Under the pieces are notes generated by a model. The model did not search any database. It saw only the letters and a program-made list of their open reading frames with translations, and was not told the origin of the DNA. A program made the translations under genes and the position numbers. 64,000 bases of DNA from Mobula hypostoma (taxonomy: Eukaryota): NCBI RefSeq assembly GCF_963921235.1, contig NC_086097.1:76138001-76202000 (forward strand), given 5' to 3'. Of the stretch, positions 35,430 to 48,678 are shown in pieces (position 1 is the stretch's first letter; the number at the start of each line of letters is the position of its first letter).

Positions 35430-38400
35430 GTAAGTCTGAAGTTGGTGCATTGTACATCCACTGTGAATTCCGTGTGTTCAGCTGGAAGTCTACAGCGGAG
35501 AGCACTGGCTTGGGAATTGGTTTGGGAGCTTATTTTTGACTCCGACACCGCCAGGTCTTTGCTATTGTCGATCAGTTTCATTTTATATAAGCGCTTAGTA
35601 TCATTCCCCTATCCTGTATGCTTTTTAACTCTTTTCATCTCTCTTTCTCTCTCCCTACACCCTTGACCGATTCAAGTCGATCGTTGCGCGCTGTGTATAT
35701 TTCTCCTTGAATTACCATCAGCTTGTATCGCCTGGGAGAGGAAGAGCCTGTGTGGGCCAGTGTAGCCGCGGTGGGCGATTCTGTGCGTAGACAATTACCT
35801 GCTCGGCGGCAGCGGAGACAAACATCCTTTACCCAACTCTTCTTGGTTGTAAACTAGCTGGGCATTTGAACTCAGCTTTCAAACACCGAATCACAGTCAA
35901 ACGCACCTAGTGGACTAACCTGACGCAGCGCCGAGTATCACTTTGGTACTTATTTATTAACACAAGTTAGTGGGGTACGGTTTAGTATTTATGTTGACTA
36001 ATTTGCATTCGCTAGGTTTCAAAACACCGTGGTCCTAACCTACCGGGCGGTATTCCGCAACAGTTCATTTTACCTTCTCTCTCTCTGGGTCTAAACTTCA
36101 AGTAGCATTACATTTACTTTCTCCTAGAGGTCAGGTATAATCGGCAGACACATGGATATAAACTGCGGGAGTTCACAAAGCCAATGACCCGTGTGGTCGT
36201 CGGTTGGTTGTTTCTCGCACGTTGATTTACGCCGGCCTCCTTCATCTTACGCTTTATATGCTCAATTCTGATACTTGAAATCTTTCACAGCTTTCCTTGT
36301 ATAAGCTATCCCCCTTTATACCTCCCAGTTTCTTGTCCCGTGCTGTGTTTTCCGCTTTATTTTCCCTTTCTACATCTCTGCTTCTTGTGTTGTGTTCTGA
36401 ATCCTGGTTTCGTTCTCGCGGGTATTTGGAATTCCTGTCGCTGCTACCAATCCCGCCCGCACTCTCTGCGATGACATGAATGGTGTCCGTGGTGGGACAT
36501 CAGGCGCGGTTCACGCCATAGTCTAAAATGACTTGAACTGCAGATGTACTGCTTGGAAGGCCTGATGCCACACTGCGTAGTGTTCAGAATGGCGGGGTTT
36601 CGAAGTTTCATTTGCGTCTTCAGTTGTTATCGAGCCGGGGAGACTAGGGAAGGGGAATCACAGAGACGGTAGCAACTATGGGGAGGAAGCGTAGGATCTG
36701 CCTTACATTGGCCGTCAGGGGGAAGGAGCAGTCAACACCCAGGGGGCGAGTGATTCTGCCGTCAAAATTCAAGCCGTGCACGACCCGAACATCCCAAAGC
36801 GTTTAAAGAAACATTATAACACAATTTTAAGACCGCTCTTCTTTGAAGGAATATTATTCACGGTGTCGGTGCTACTTTACGTTATCTTGATCAGATTTAG
36901 ATTGTTTTCAATTCTGAAGATCTCCAAGTATTTGAGAGAAAACATCCTTTATTGTTTTTTTATTCGGTTATGTAGTGTACTCAAATTACAAAGCAGAACG
37001 ATTCAATTCATAATAGTTTGCCTTTTGCGATTCGCGAGCGATGTTGCCCAAAATACAAACGGCTTCTGCTGCTGTATTAATTCACAAAGTCTGTAAAGGC
37101 ATGCCAGCACGGAAAAGTTCAAAGGAAAAGTGAACCATCTCCCACCAGACGGGGATTGCGTAGATTAGATCAGTATAAAGCTATGGCTTTAGTTCTTTGC
37201 AGCTCAGCGTAAACTTTACAGGCTGCCTGACTTCAGTAACCAAAATATTTCTAGGAGATATCCGACTTTGCTCTAGAAATCGTCAGCAAAGTAGTAACAA
37301 AAGTAATTGATCACTATCTTAAAAACAAAATCTTCACGTGATTGTTATAGTTTAGGCTATCAAGATGTAAAATAGGATGTAGATTAATGGTGCATTGGAC
37401 AACACTTAAAATGTAATAACACAGTCGCACAGGATCAAAATCTCAACCCCAGCCCTAAATTACAAAACATTAATTACCGTTAAAATGTTAGCGCAAACAA
37501 GCGCTGCATTGTGTGTATACGTTTTAAATGTTGAAATTCCAAAAGTTTTATGCGACAATAACATATACTAAATAAGTTTAAATATATTCAAGTTGCGTCT
37601 GTACCTGGGAAGTTATCCCTTTCCTGCCCAAATCTACTTGTTGGCAATATATTACTCTATGACAATAGAAAAAAAATCAATAAAAATATCAGCTTTTAGG
37701 GATTCTATGCTATGATATTATTATTTATATCAGTCTTTCTATAATATTATATTCTTTTGGAAATTTTATGTTAAATGGACTTTACGCAAAATAAGACGGA
37801 ATAAGAAACATTTTAAATGTGTTTACTCCACGAGCAGCATTTTATAAAAAAAAGTAAGCAGGTAATAGAGGAGTTTAATGGAAGTATTTTCTGGCTTCGT
37901 CAAAATCTTGTCAGAGATATCCTGATGCTTTAAACTTGAATTTGTTTTGTTAGAGTATTAGTTATGACGTAGATGGATAAATTTCCTTTTCATTAAATAT
38001 AAAGTCTCAGACTCTGGAAAATGTGTTGGAAGATATATGGCATAGGAGCTGAAGTTAATATTTCATCTTCCTTTCAAAATCAAGATTATCAATACTTCTA
38101 GTAATAAGAATGGATGCACCATCAGAGGTGTAGTTTCTTCACAATTTTATCAAACCCAGTAACTCATATTTTGAATTTTTTAGAGCTGAAGCATTCTTTT
38201 TATCATTTAATGAAGGAATTTATTTACTTTAAATTTAAATCATTAATCCAAAGAACAAGCAAGATTACAGAGCCATGTAATGATTTCTGAAAATTTGGTC
38301 AGAATAATTTCATTTCTCCTTCCAACCCATCACAGTGCAGTTCCATTTATTGTGTAATTTCAATAAGCTGCAACTAATCCATTCCAATTACAATAAACAT

Positions 38401-40239
38401 CTTTAAAATCACATGTTTGCTGTAAATTCCTGGCCAACCTTTAGATCCTACTCTCCTAAAAGTACACAAAACATTATAGCTTGGAAACTTCTGCAAGCAA
38501 TTTTACTGCCCAAAAATTCTTTAAATTTCATATCAGATATTCCTCTGATTTGGCAGAACTTTTAAATTAGCTTTTAATATCAAAATGGACTAATATTGTT
38601 AAGATATGTGGATATGAATTTGGTAATGTTTAAATCTGTGTGAAAATTACTTTAGTTTCAAGCCTCAAAGATTAAAATATTTGGAAAACTGTTATAATCT
38701 ACAGTTCTATTCATGAAATCAAACACGTTGCTATCAATAGGATATGATGAGTGCCATTCATATCAATATTATAAGGTAAAAGAATCAATATTCATCTGGA
38801 CTGATTGAATATTGTGGAGGATTTACTGTGGTTTAATATACAGTAGCTGCCAGTCAGGGCTGATGTGTAACAGGTGGAAACATCCCCAGTGTTGATTTTA
38901 AATACATTGTTTACCCAATAACTTTTGCAAGAGAATCTTGTTACTTTTTTTTTGTAAGTTGCACAAGCCTGCACTAAAATGCTGTCAACCTGTTTGAGAT
39001 TGTTATATTTAGTTATTTAAAAAAAATTGCACACATTGCCAATGCTCTGCTGAATGATGTGCAAGACAAATTTAAAGGTATTATGATTAGAGTGACATTT
39101 ATTGATGACTTAAAATATCATAGAAACCAGGCTTCAACCAATTTAAGTCACTCCATATGATAGTTAAAAATGGCTGAGCACTGGATACCTCAAAGATTAT
39201 AGGATTTTATTTTACTCTTGGGTTTCATAACTTAATTCTGAAATTGCAGACTTGTTATATCAATTCAATATTAAATAATTCCATTTTAAATAGCCTTCAA
39301 AAATGGGCCCATTAAATTTAGTGGTGAGTCAGATACCTGCAGAGAATTTGATAGTAATCTATTCCACTATTAAAGTGGTTTGTTTTAGAACCAGAATCAG
39401 AATCAGATTCAGGTTTAGTATCACTGGCATATGTTATGAAATTTGTTAACACCACATATGCATTGTATACTGACTTCTTCCCCACAATTTTTAATGACTA
39501 GAATTGGGAAAGTAATAATTATTCTTTAAACTTAAAATTCAATAATATTTGGCCTCCTTTATGATATCCTATTCAATTTGCAACTGAACTGCGGACAGCA
39601 CTCAAGGAAGATTTCTTGTTTTGCCTTATTCTTTCAGCAGTCACCTAGCATAAAGTTCATAGCCTTCTCTGAGAAGCAACCCAGTGGGGCATATGGATGA
39701 AGAACTCGGACAATTTATCTTTTTGATTAACTCCTCAGTATGTCAACTCCATCCATACTTTTTCGAAATGGTTAGCACTTACTTGGTGGTACTTTTACTG
39801 CTGCACTGAAACAGTGAAAGAATAAAACATGATGGACCACTCACCATCAACCACAAAACAAAGGAAGTGAATGTTCCTTCTCCCCTTAGCTGTCCACGGC
39901 CATTCATGATTGGATGTAATGGCTTTGCAGAACTTTGATATGATTTATTGGTTTTAAGATTATTTAAGATTTCTGAGATTATTATTTTAGACTACCTACC
40001 ACATTCTGCTTTTGCTACCTAGTGCACATGCAGTTCTTCATTAATCTGACAGTTCATTTGAGGGACATAGCAGTGTTGGCCCCAGCCATTTGATCTTACA
40101 ATATCTTCCTTACAAACTGATGGGAACTGGTGTAAGATTGGGGGAGTTGTCCTACGGACCAGACAAACAACACCTTACAGACAATGTGTCTCCACCACAG
40201 GACAGACCACTGTGGGCTAGAGAAAAGGGATGGTGAGTT

Positions 40240-41870
40240 AGATCTATGGCAGCCTCAGATCACATGTGGGCAAGGAAATCTCTTTTGGTTCTTGCTTCCT
40301 CAGACAGCTGATGAATCAGTGGTCTGTGAACAACACTTGGAAGAAGCACAGAATGTAGCAGGGTGCAGAACTTTCTCTGGATGGCAGACTTCAATGTCCA
40401 TCACAAAGAGTGGTTTGGTAGCTCCAGCACTGACCGAACAAGTTAAACTCTCAAGGACTAGGGAGCCAGACTGGTGCTGTGGCAGGTATGAGTGAACTAA
40501 CAAGAGTGATAAACCTTCTTGACTTTGTCTTTGCAAAACTACCTATGGCAGGTGCATTGGAGTGCCATAGCATTTGTAGAAGTAGTCACTGTGTGGTCCT
40601 CATGGAGACAAAGGCCTGGGTTTGTAACAAGTACACCTGCTGTAACAAGTGTTCCAGACTGGAATCAGGACAGGTTTGACAGATTAAAATTGAGCATCCA
40701 TGATTGGAAGCAGTAGCATTATGGTTGAATGCTGGATACAGCATAGAACCAGACCATATCCCAGGTGTAATATTAAAGAAATGTGCTTCAGAAGCAACTG
40801 CATCTCTGAAAAATCATCTCACAACATGGGTATCTTTCAAACATGTAAAAAAAATTCCCAGCCATGCCCCATTCTGAAAAAGTAAGGTGGACCCAATAAT
40901 TGCCAGTCTGTCCACCCTGTTATTAACATTGTGCGGGAAGGTGACATTAACAGTGATATAAAGCGACAGTTACTCACCAATAAGCTGCTCATCCACACTT
41001 GCTTTGGGTTCCAATAGGGCCATTCAACACCAAACATCATCACAGCCTTGGTCCATAATGGATCAAAAAACTGAACTAACATCAGGGCAGCATTTGTCCG
41101 AGTGCCCGAGTAACGCTTGACACTGGGTATCAAGGGCAAACATGAGTGAGTGCAGTCTTGTAGTTCTTGGAGGTCATTCACTGCCCCTCTGGAATTCACT
41201 GCAGGAGTCCAAGGTGCGAATGTCTTCAGCTGCTTTACCAATGACCTTCCTGCCACCATACTATCACATTTAGGGATGTCTGCTGATATATTATTCCATT
41301 CTACTTGTAACCCTTCAGCAACTGAAGCAATGCACATCTGCACATAGAAGGACCCAGACAATATTCAGGTATGGCATTCACTTACTCAGACCACAGAACT
41401 GCTTGACAATCTCTAATGAAACAATCTAATCACATACCCTTGACATTCAAAAATATTATCATTATTGTCTGCCACATATTTTCAATGACACCTGCCACAA
41501 TAATGTTATAAAAGAAAGGTTAGAAGCCAGATAATGTCAGGTGGCTCACTCCTGACACCCAAGCCTCTGCAAAAACTATAAGGTTGAAGTCAGTAGTGTG
41601 ATGATGTGGCCTGGATGACAGCAGTTCTAACAACATCTTGGATCCTTCAGACCATCCAGGATAAAGCAGTTGATTTGAATAGTATATTCATCCATTACCC
41701 AAAGTATTCAATCCCCTCACTTTCAGCCCACAGTGGCTACAGTATGAATCATCTACAAAAGACACTGCAGTTACTTATCTCAGCTTGTCCAATGAAAATC
41801 CTGTTGTCCAGACTTCCTTTTTCTTCCACTAAGGACAAGGACTTCTGCCCATTGGAACACTACCATCTAT
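40240..41870 (+). mobile_element. Highly decayed LINE (CR1/L2 group)
   Basis: Residual RT-like GVQGANVFSCFTNDLP...GMSAD. Confidence 0.6.
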
Positions 41871-41904
41871 AAGAGAAACACTACCGCCTACCATAGGAAG
41901 AGTG

Positions 41905-42078
41905 TAGACACAAGAGACGGCACTTGTTGGAATCTGGAGCAATAAAAAAATCTGCTCGAAGATCTCAGCAGGTTGATCAACATCTGTGGGATGAAAGGAA
42001 ATGTCAGTTGTTTCCACAACAATTCATTTCCCCCCATAGATGCTGCTTGAACTGCTGAGTTCTTCCAGCAGATTGATA
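41905..42078. mobile_element. Penelope-like terminal repeat as an inverted pair, ribozyme core absent
   Basis: aatctgctcgaagatctcagcaggttgatcaacatctgtggg ... cccatagatgctgcttgaactgctgagttcttccagcagatt. Confidence 0.6.
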
Positions 42079-43429
42079 GAAATACATTTGTAAACTGGCT
42101 GTTGTAAATATATACTGTTACAAGTTTAAGAGCTTTGATTCATGATTGTAGCTAACCCAAGGAGTAAAATGTGTCTTGAGTCTATGCTTTCGGAGTAACA
42201 TTATTAGAATGTGTAATAATGAAAGGCAACGTACTGTATCTGTAATGAGCATTTAGTTGCCAAACAAGCAATCAGTAGAAAAATGAGTGCCATTTTGAAA
42301 GTGTATGTTCATTATAATTTTATTTGGGAATTGATTGAAAAATCTTGGTTACATGCCAATATCCCATTGTTCTATGGATACACATGTAAATATGAAAAAA
42401 ACATGTATAATGTGTCTAAATCTGTCAGCAGCAAGGTGTGATGTCAGCAAAGTGTAATGTTCAATATGTCCTATTAATATATTATTTTAGCGTACTTGTC
42501 AAAATTGGCTGGGGGCTGATCAGTAATCCTGTTTTTTATAACTACTGTTCACGCAGAGAGAGCAGGATTTTCCCTTTGCCAACAGCATTTTAAGAAATAT
42601 TTTTTAAGTAGGCTATTTATGAGCAGTCCAAAGTTGCAGCGAAGTATGCTTCAGAAAGGAAACGTGGAGTGCATTTTTGTAATCACAGCTTCATCATAAT
42701 GGCAATTATTATTCCATTTACTGATCTTGGTTTAATAGACCATAATACAGTTGATTAGTAAACATCTCTTCAGTTTTGATCTTTCATGATGGATTATTGA
42801 CAGAAAGAGATTTTAAGTTACACTTTATTTAACATCACTCAGGAATATACCATCTATAATTTTACAATTATGCCCCTTATTCTAGACAAATGGAAATGGT
42901 TTATCCTTATCTGCCCTTTAATCCCTTAATCATCTTAAACATTTCACTTAGCTCACTCTCTAATCTCCCGTGTTCAAGAGAACACAGACTCAGTCTATGC
43001 AACCTGTACTCAACATTAAAACCACTTAACACTGATAACCTTCTGGTGAAGTCTGTGGATTATGCTTCCAGTTCACTAGTCGAATACAATTGTATCCAAT
43101 GAACCTCTGACAGTAATTTTTATGTTCAGAGAATAATTAATGCAAAGGTAATCACAATTTTTTGCACTTGATAACAATAAAAAAGTGTATCTTCAGTTTT
43201 GATTATATTTTTATGGTGTATTGATAGCAAAACCAAAAGTCAATCAATAACATCATTTGCTTTTATGGACTGACATTTATCCATGTTTAAAAATAAAAGT
43301 CAGGAAAATTTCCTATCAGGACTCATACCCACAAAAAGACTTATTGATCAGTAAAATGGTAATAGGCCCACGCTATAGAGAGTTCATATAAGAAACTGGT
43401 CATGTTACTTATGTACATGACAATAAGCT

Positions 43430-43695
43430 TGACCCCACCTCACTATTTTATCATTTGCTGCCAGTCACCTTATGTATAGAGACTCCTGTGCCTAGTGTCA
43501 CTTTATGGACGTACAATCAATTTATGTATGTAAGCTATCTTATGTATTTTTATTTATTGTGTTTTTTAATTATTGCACTCTTTATCCTATTGTGTCTCTT
43601 TGTGCTGCTTTGGATCCTGAGGAACAATTATTTCATTCTCCTTTACACTCGTGTACTGGAAATGATACTAAACAATCTCGAATCTTGAATCTTAA
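43430..43695 (+). mobile_element. Rex1/Babar-type LINE 3' UTR
   Basis: Matches 13500-13750; (tcttgaa)-type tail. Confidence 0.75.
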
Positions 43696-45207
43696 ATTGG
43701 TATAAGCTAGTAAATACTAGTATGTAGTTGAAGATTGCTACATGAACATTTTCTACTTAATATTAATACCTACTCTTTGGTTCTACGTGATATATAGAAT
43801 GGAATCAATAAGCAATGAATAAAAAGCCGTCATAAAGGGCAGAAAACAAAATAAAGGTTTAGAATTCTTACCAAATCAAAAAATGTGACAATTCAGAAGT
43901 TGAAAAATATCTTTTAATATCTTATGCTACAATCGTCCTGCAGGAAAGTTGAATATTGGCTGGCAATATAATTCATTCAGACTCATTTTAGGGACCCAGT
44001 TCACATGATATGTAATTGAAAACAATAAGTAGTTCAAGAGGGTAATAAATTTTTTTCTAACGCATCTGGATTGTGTCTCCCATTGAAATCAATCAGAGCT
44101 CAAGGGGGCAATAAATGCACGCATTGCCTCAGGCAATACATGTTTTTCACACTTCGGTCTCCAAAAGTGTTCAATGGTAACATTTTCTTAGAAATACTTC
44201 ATTTATTCATATTCATTCACATGATCCCTGAGCAAAATAACAGTGGTTTCCAGTTATAGATCCCGAAATAGTGAAAAACATAATTTGCATTTGAAATACC
44301 TTAATTTCATTGTGAAGGAAGAATATAAATATTTGTGTATTAGGGCATTGATCACTTTCAAATATGGAATGAAACAATACAAACTACATTATAGTGTTAA
44401 TCTAATAATGACTGCAAAAGTAATGCAAGTGTAATATACTGTATAATGCTATAATAATCAAAATCTCTTTGCCTATGTTTTCTTTCTTTCTTTTCAACTA
44501 ACATTGTTTCTTTTGATAGGTTCAACTATTCCATCTGTGCAAGTATTCATGTATACTTCAATTTATAAAATATAACAGGGAGTTAATTTTCCACCCTTTG
44601 GCCAATGCATCGCAAAATACTGGTAAATTACCCCCAATCTCATGGAGAAACAAAAAGAAACATCTAAATTTGAACCAAAGTTTTAACTGGAATCAAATAA
44701 GCATGAGTTGATATTGCTAATCTTCATCTGAAAAGTTCATGAAAGGAAGCGTTAATCCTTAAAAATGTTTAACAGGCAATTCTTTTGCTATAATTTTAAA
44801 GATGTAAAACATTTTGAAAGATATTATACATATTGCATCACCTGAAATGATTGCGCATCAGATATAATGCTTCCTGATCTCAGGAAGCACCTCTCAATTT
44901 CAAAGAATGATCATTATATGAAGTACTGAGCTAAACAGGGAGGTGAAAGTAAAATACAACACTGCTGAAGACAGCCGGACAGAATGAAATGATGAGCCTG
45001 ATTATCCTGTGGTCTCATGTATCTGTAGTTATCTTTACAACTTGTCCTGTGGTATATAAAATCAGTATAACATTAGTATGTAGAAGCTTATTTTGTTAAT
45101 CCAGGACATCATTTATTTTGACAAAGGGAAAAGAATAGATAACTTCTAAATAATGAAAGTGTCCAAATAAGTTTGTGTCAAACACAACACTAGAAATTCC
45201 AATACTT

Positions 45208-45386
45208 AAACAACAGGAATTCTGCAGATGCTGGAAATCCAAGCAACACACGTCAAAGTTGCTGGTGAACGCAGCAGGCCGGGCAGCATCTCTATGAAGA
45301 GGTACAGTCGACGTTACAGTCCTGACGAAGGGTCTCAGCCCGAAACATCGACTGTACCTCTTCCTAGGGATGCTGCCTGGCCTGCC
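45208..45386. mobile_element. 179-bp inverted-configuration Penelope-like insertion with 14-bp TSD
   Basis: TSD aaattccaatactt at 45194-45207 and 45387-45400; the two arms are reverse complements. Confidence 0.88.
45315..45356 (+). ncRNA. Minimal type-I hammerhead ribozyme motif
   Basis: TACAGTC-CTGACGA-A-GGGT-CTCA-GCCC-GAAA-CATC-GACTGTA: 7-bp stem I, 4-bp stem II, NUH triplet ATC ending at 45349. Confidence 0.7.
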
Positions 45387-46579
45387 AAATTCCAATACTT
45401 GTTACTTTCATTCCTATTTCCTGTATTTTTTGGCAGTTCAGTAACTCATGTGTGAATTTCAGCGTTACTTCCCTGAGTTTATTCTAGGATACAGACAATT
45501 ATGCCAAACAGGAAAGATACTAGCATGGACAGAAGACTGGCTGACTGGCAGGAGGCAAAGTGTCAGAATAAAAGGGATCTATTCTGGTTGGCTGCCAGTG
45601 ACTAGTGGTGTTCAGCAGGGATTGTTATTGGGATTGCTTCTTTTCACATTATATATCAATGATTTGAATGATGGAATTGATGGCTTTGTGGTCAAGTTTT
45701 CAGACTTCACAAAGGTAGTTGGAGGGGCACATAGTGTTGATAAAGCAGGGAGTCTGCAGAATGACTTGGATAGATTGGGAGAATGGGCAAAGAAACGACC
45801 GGTGGGATATAGTGTAAGAAAGTGTACAGTCATGCACTGTAGAAGGAATAAAAGCATAGACTATTTTCTAAGATTCAAAAATCAGAGGTGCAAAGGGTCT
45901 TGGGAGTTCTTGTGCAGAATTTCCTAAAGGTTAATTTGCAGTTTGAGTTGGTGGTAGGGAAGGAAAATGCAAAGTTAGCATTCCTTTCGAGAAGACTAGA
46001 CTATAAGAGCAAGGAAGTGATGATGAGGCTTTATAAGACTCCACTTGGAGTATTGTGAACAGTTTTGGGCTCCTTATCTAAGAAAGATTTGAAACTTATT
46101 GAATGTTCAAAGGCCTTTCTAGAGTGGATGTGGAGAGGAAATTTCCTATAGTGGGGGAATCCAGGACCAAAGAGCACAGCCTCAGAATAGAGGGCCATCC
46201 ATTTAGAACAGAAAAGGAATTTCAGAGAGTTGTGAATCTGTGGAATTCATCGCCATGGATGGCTGTGCAGGCCAAGACATTGGGTATATTTAAAGGTGAG
46301 GTTGATAAGATCTTGGTTCGTCAAGGCATCAAAAGCTAGGGGTGAAGGCAGGAGAATGAGGATGAGAAGGATAATAAATTAGGTTAGATGAGCGAGTGAA
46401 TATTTGACAGAAAGAGTGCAATGTGGGGAAAATGAAGTGGTTGATTTTGGAGAGAAAAACTGCAAAAAGGTGCAGGACAAAGGGATTTGGGGAAACCTGT
46501 ACGTGAAACGTAGAAAGCGAGCAAAGAACTACGCATGTAAGCAAAGGATAATAGAATGTTGGTTATAATAAAATATAAT

Positions 46580-46935
46580 GCCCCCCTCCCTCCTTTACCA
46601 CTCTCTCATCTTATCTCCTTATCTGCCCATCATCTCCATCTAGTGCTCCTCTCCCTTCCCTTTCTTCCATGGCCTTCTGTCCTCTCCTATCAGACTTCTC
46701 CTTCACCAGCCCTGTATCTCTTTCACCAATCAACTTCACAACTCTTCATCCCTTCCCTTCCTGGTTTCACCTATCACCTTGTGTTCTCTCTCCCCTACCC
46801 CCACCTTCGAAATCTACTCCTCAGCTTTTTTCTCCAGTCCTGCTGAAGGGTCTCGGCCCAAAACGTCGACTGTACCTTTTTCCATAGATGTTGCCTGGCC
46901 TGCTGTGTTCCTCCAGCATTTTGAGTGTGTTGCAT
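46580..46935 (+). mobile_element. Penelope-like element 3' region with mutated hammerhead motif (46835-46872)
   Basis: Pyrimidine-rich region followed by CAGTC-CTGCTGA-AGGGTCTCGGCCC-AAAA-CGTC-GACTG; homologous to 59920-60520. Confidence 0.8.
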
Positions 46936-47116
46936 AGAATGTTACTGCTTATTTTAAGTGGGTTAGCGTAGAAAAGTAGGAAAGCGTTACTGTAACTGTA
47001 TAAAGTACAAGATACACCATATCTACAGCACTGGAAATAATTTTAATGTTCTCTATTTAAGGCAAGATATTTTATTAGAGGCAGTTCAGAGAATATTCAT
47101 CAGTATAATCCCAGAT

Positions 47117-47333
47117 TAGCTGGCTGGTGGCGTAGTGGTATCAGCGCTGGACTTTGGAGCAAAGGCTCCCGAGTTTGAATCCAACCGGCTCCCTTGCACG
47201 CTTTCCATCCATGCTGGGTTGGGCGTCGAGTTAGCAACTCGGCCTCGTAAAAATAAGAAAGCCTGCTAAAAAAAACGTCGTCATGACAGCATCCTGATGA
47301 CTCCACTCAGAGTTAAGGGCTTTCTTCTTCTTC
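47117..47333 (+). mobile_element. tRNA-derived SINE with (CTT)n tail and 13-bp TSD
   Basis: A box tggcgtagtgg, B box gtttgaatcc; TSD tataatcccagat at 47104-47116 and 47334-47346. Confidence 0.88.
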
Positions 47334-48550
47334 TATAATCCCAGATATGTACTATGAGGAAGGGCTGAACAAGATGGTACTCTACTCAATGGGGTTTAGA
47401 AGAATGAGAAGCTACTTTATTAAAACATAAATTTCTTAGGAGGCTGGGAAGAGACCAGAACCTGAGGGATGGTCTGAAGATAAAGAGGGCCTATGAAAAC
47501 AGAGATAAAGAAAAAACTTTCTCTGTTAGTGAGTTTTTAAAACTTCTGGGCATAGAGAAGTGGGGGCAGTTTTCTTATGTTTAGGATAATTGGATTTCTA
47601 ATCAGTTAAGGAATCAAGGATTTTGGGGAACAGATAATGAAGAATACTTAAGGAATATTGGGTCAGCCATAGTCGTATTGAATGGTGGAGCAGGTTGAAA
47701 GGGCTGAGTAGCCAACTCCTGTTCCCAGTTCTTCTGGTCTAATGGTTATGAAACAGATTCGCAGATAACGTGAATAACTGGAGAAAGTGCAGAGAAGATT
47801 CCCCATAATATTGTCTAGAGTGGAGGATTTTAGTTATTGGATGGGCTCAGTTTATTTTCTTTGGAGCAAAGAGATTGAGGGGTGACCTGATAGAGGTAAA
47901 TAAAATTATACGATGCATAGATAGAATCTTTTTTCAATTGTAGTGGTATCAAAATGAAAATGAAATAAGCTTAAACTGTGAGGAAAGAATTTAAAGAGGA
48001 TTTGGTGGGGGAATTTTATTTTACATAGAGAATGGTTAATAGCGAGAAGACTCTGCCAGAAAATGTTTAAAATCAGTATGTTTATGAGACAATTAGACTG
48101 ATACTTGAATCTTTCATGCATCAAAGAATATTAATCCAATCAGCAAATGGAATTAACTGACTAATTGGAATAAGAGAAGATATATTCCTGATCTAAACAG
48201 TATAATAGATCTCCAAATGTTCAGCAACATTGCAGCCAGCTCTTTAAGAAGGTCTTTACATTTCTTAAATAATTAATCAAATGATCCCCAAAATATTTTT
48301 CAATTGGCCTTAAATCATTTTAACTTGGGGGATGTTTTCACTTTCACTGAATACTCTGTTGTGTACAGATTACTTTCAATAATTCTGGGCTCAACTTACT
48401 TACAGTTTCAGCCAGGCAGAACATGTTTTGATTGACTATATTCAAACTGGCTTGAAATGGGACACCTCTGCCCAACAGAGTAAGCTTGAGTTTAAGGGTG
48501 GAAGTAGCTCTCCTCTGTCATTTACAATATAAACATTTCGAAACATACCG

Positions 48551-48678
48551 AACATAGAACAGTACAGCACAGTACAGGCCCTTCCGCCCACAATGTTGTG
48601 CCGACCCTTAAACCCTGCCTCCCATATAACCCCCCACCTTAAATATAGAACATAGAACAGTACAGCACAGTACAGGCC
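48551..48678 (-). mobile_element. Two tandem very short CR1 3'-tail fragments
   Basis: aacatagaacagtacagcacagtacaggcc occurs twice. Confidence 0.75.

Larger units (their letters stand above)
32100..37600. promoter_or_regulatory. GREM1: Broad CpG-retaining domain around the probable GREM1 promoter
   Basis: By hand count, 9 CpG in 32161-32280 versus none in 38161-38400; enrichment is visible across about 5.5 kb. Confidence 0.75.
45497..47740 (+). mobile_element. Decayed CR1 copies (RT to 3' end) hosting Penelope-like and SINE insertions
   Basis: WLPVTSGVQQGLLLGLLLFTLYINDL...KFSDFTK and RVVNLWNS; CR1 3' end near 47650-47740. Confidence 0.85.

Noticed and set aside
35190..35666. 158-codon ORF over the candidate promoter
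   Set aside because: GTG start, crosses the splice donor, and has no recognisable domain.
47120..47195. tRNA-like sequences here and at about 50330-50400
   Set aside because: They are SINE heads that continue into SINE bodies (with a TSD in the first case), not tRNA genes.
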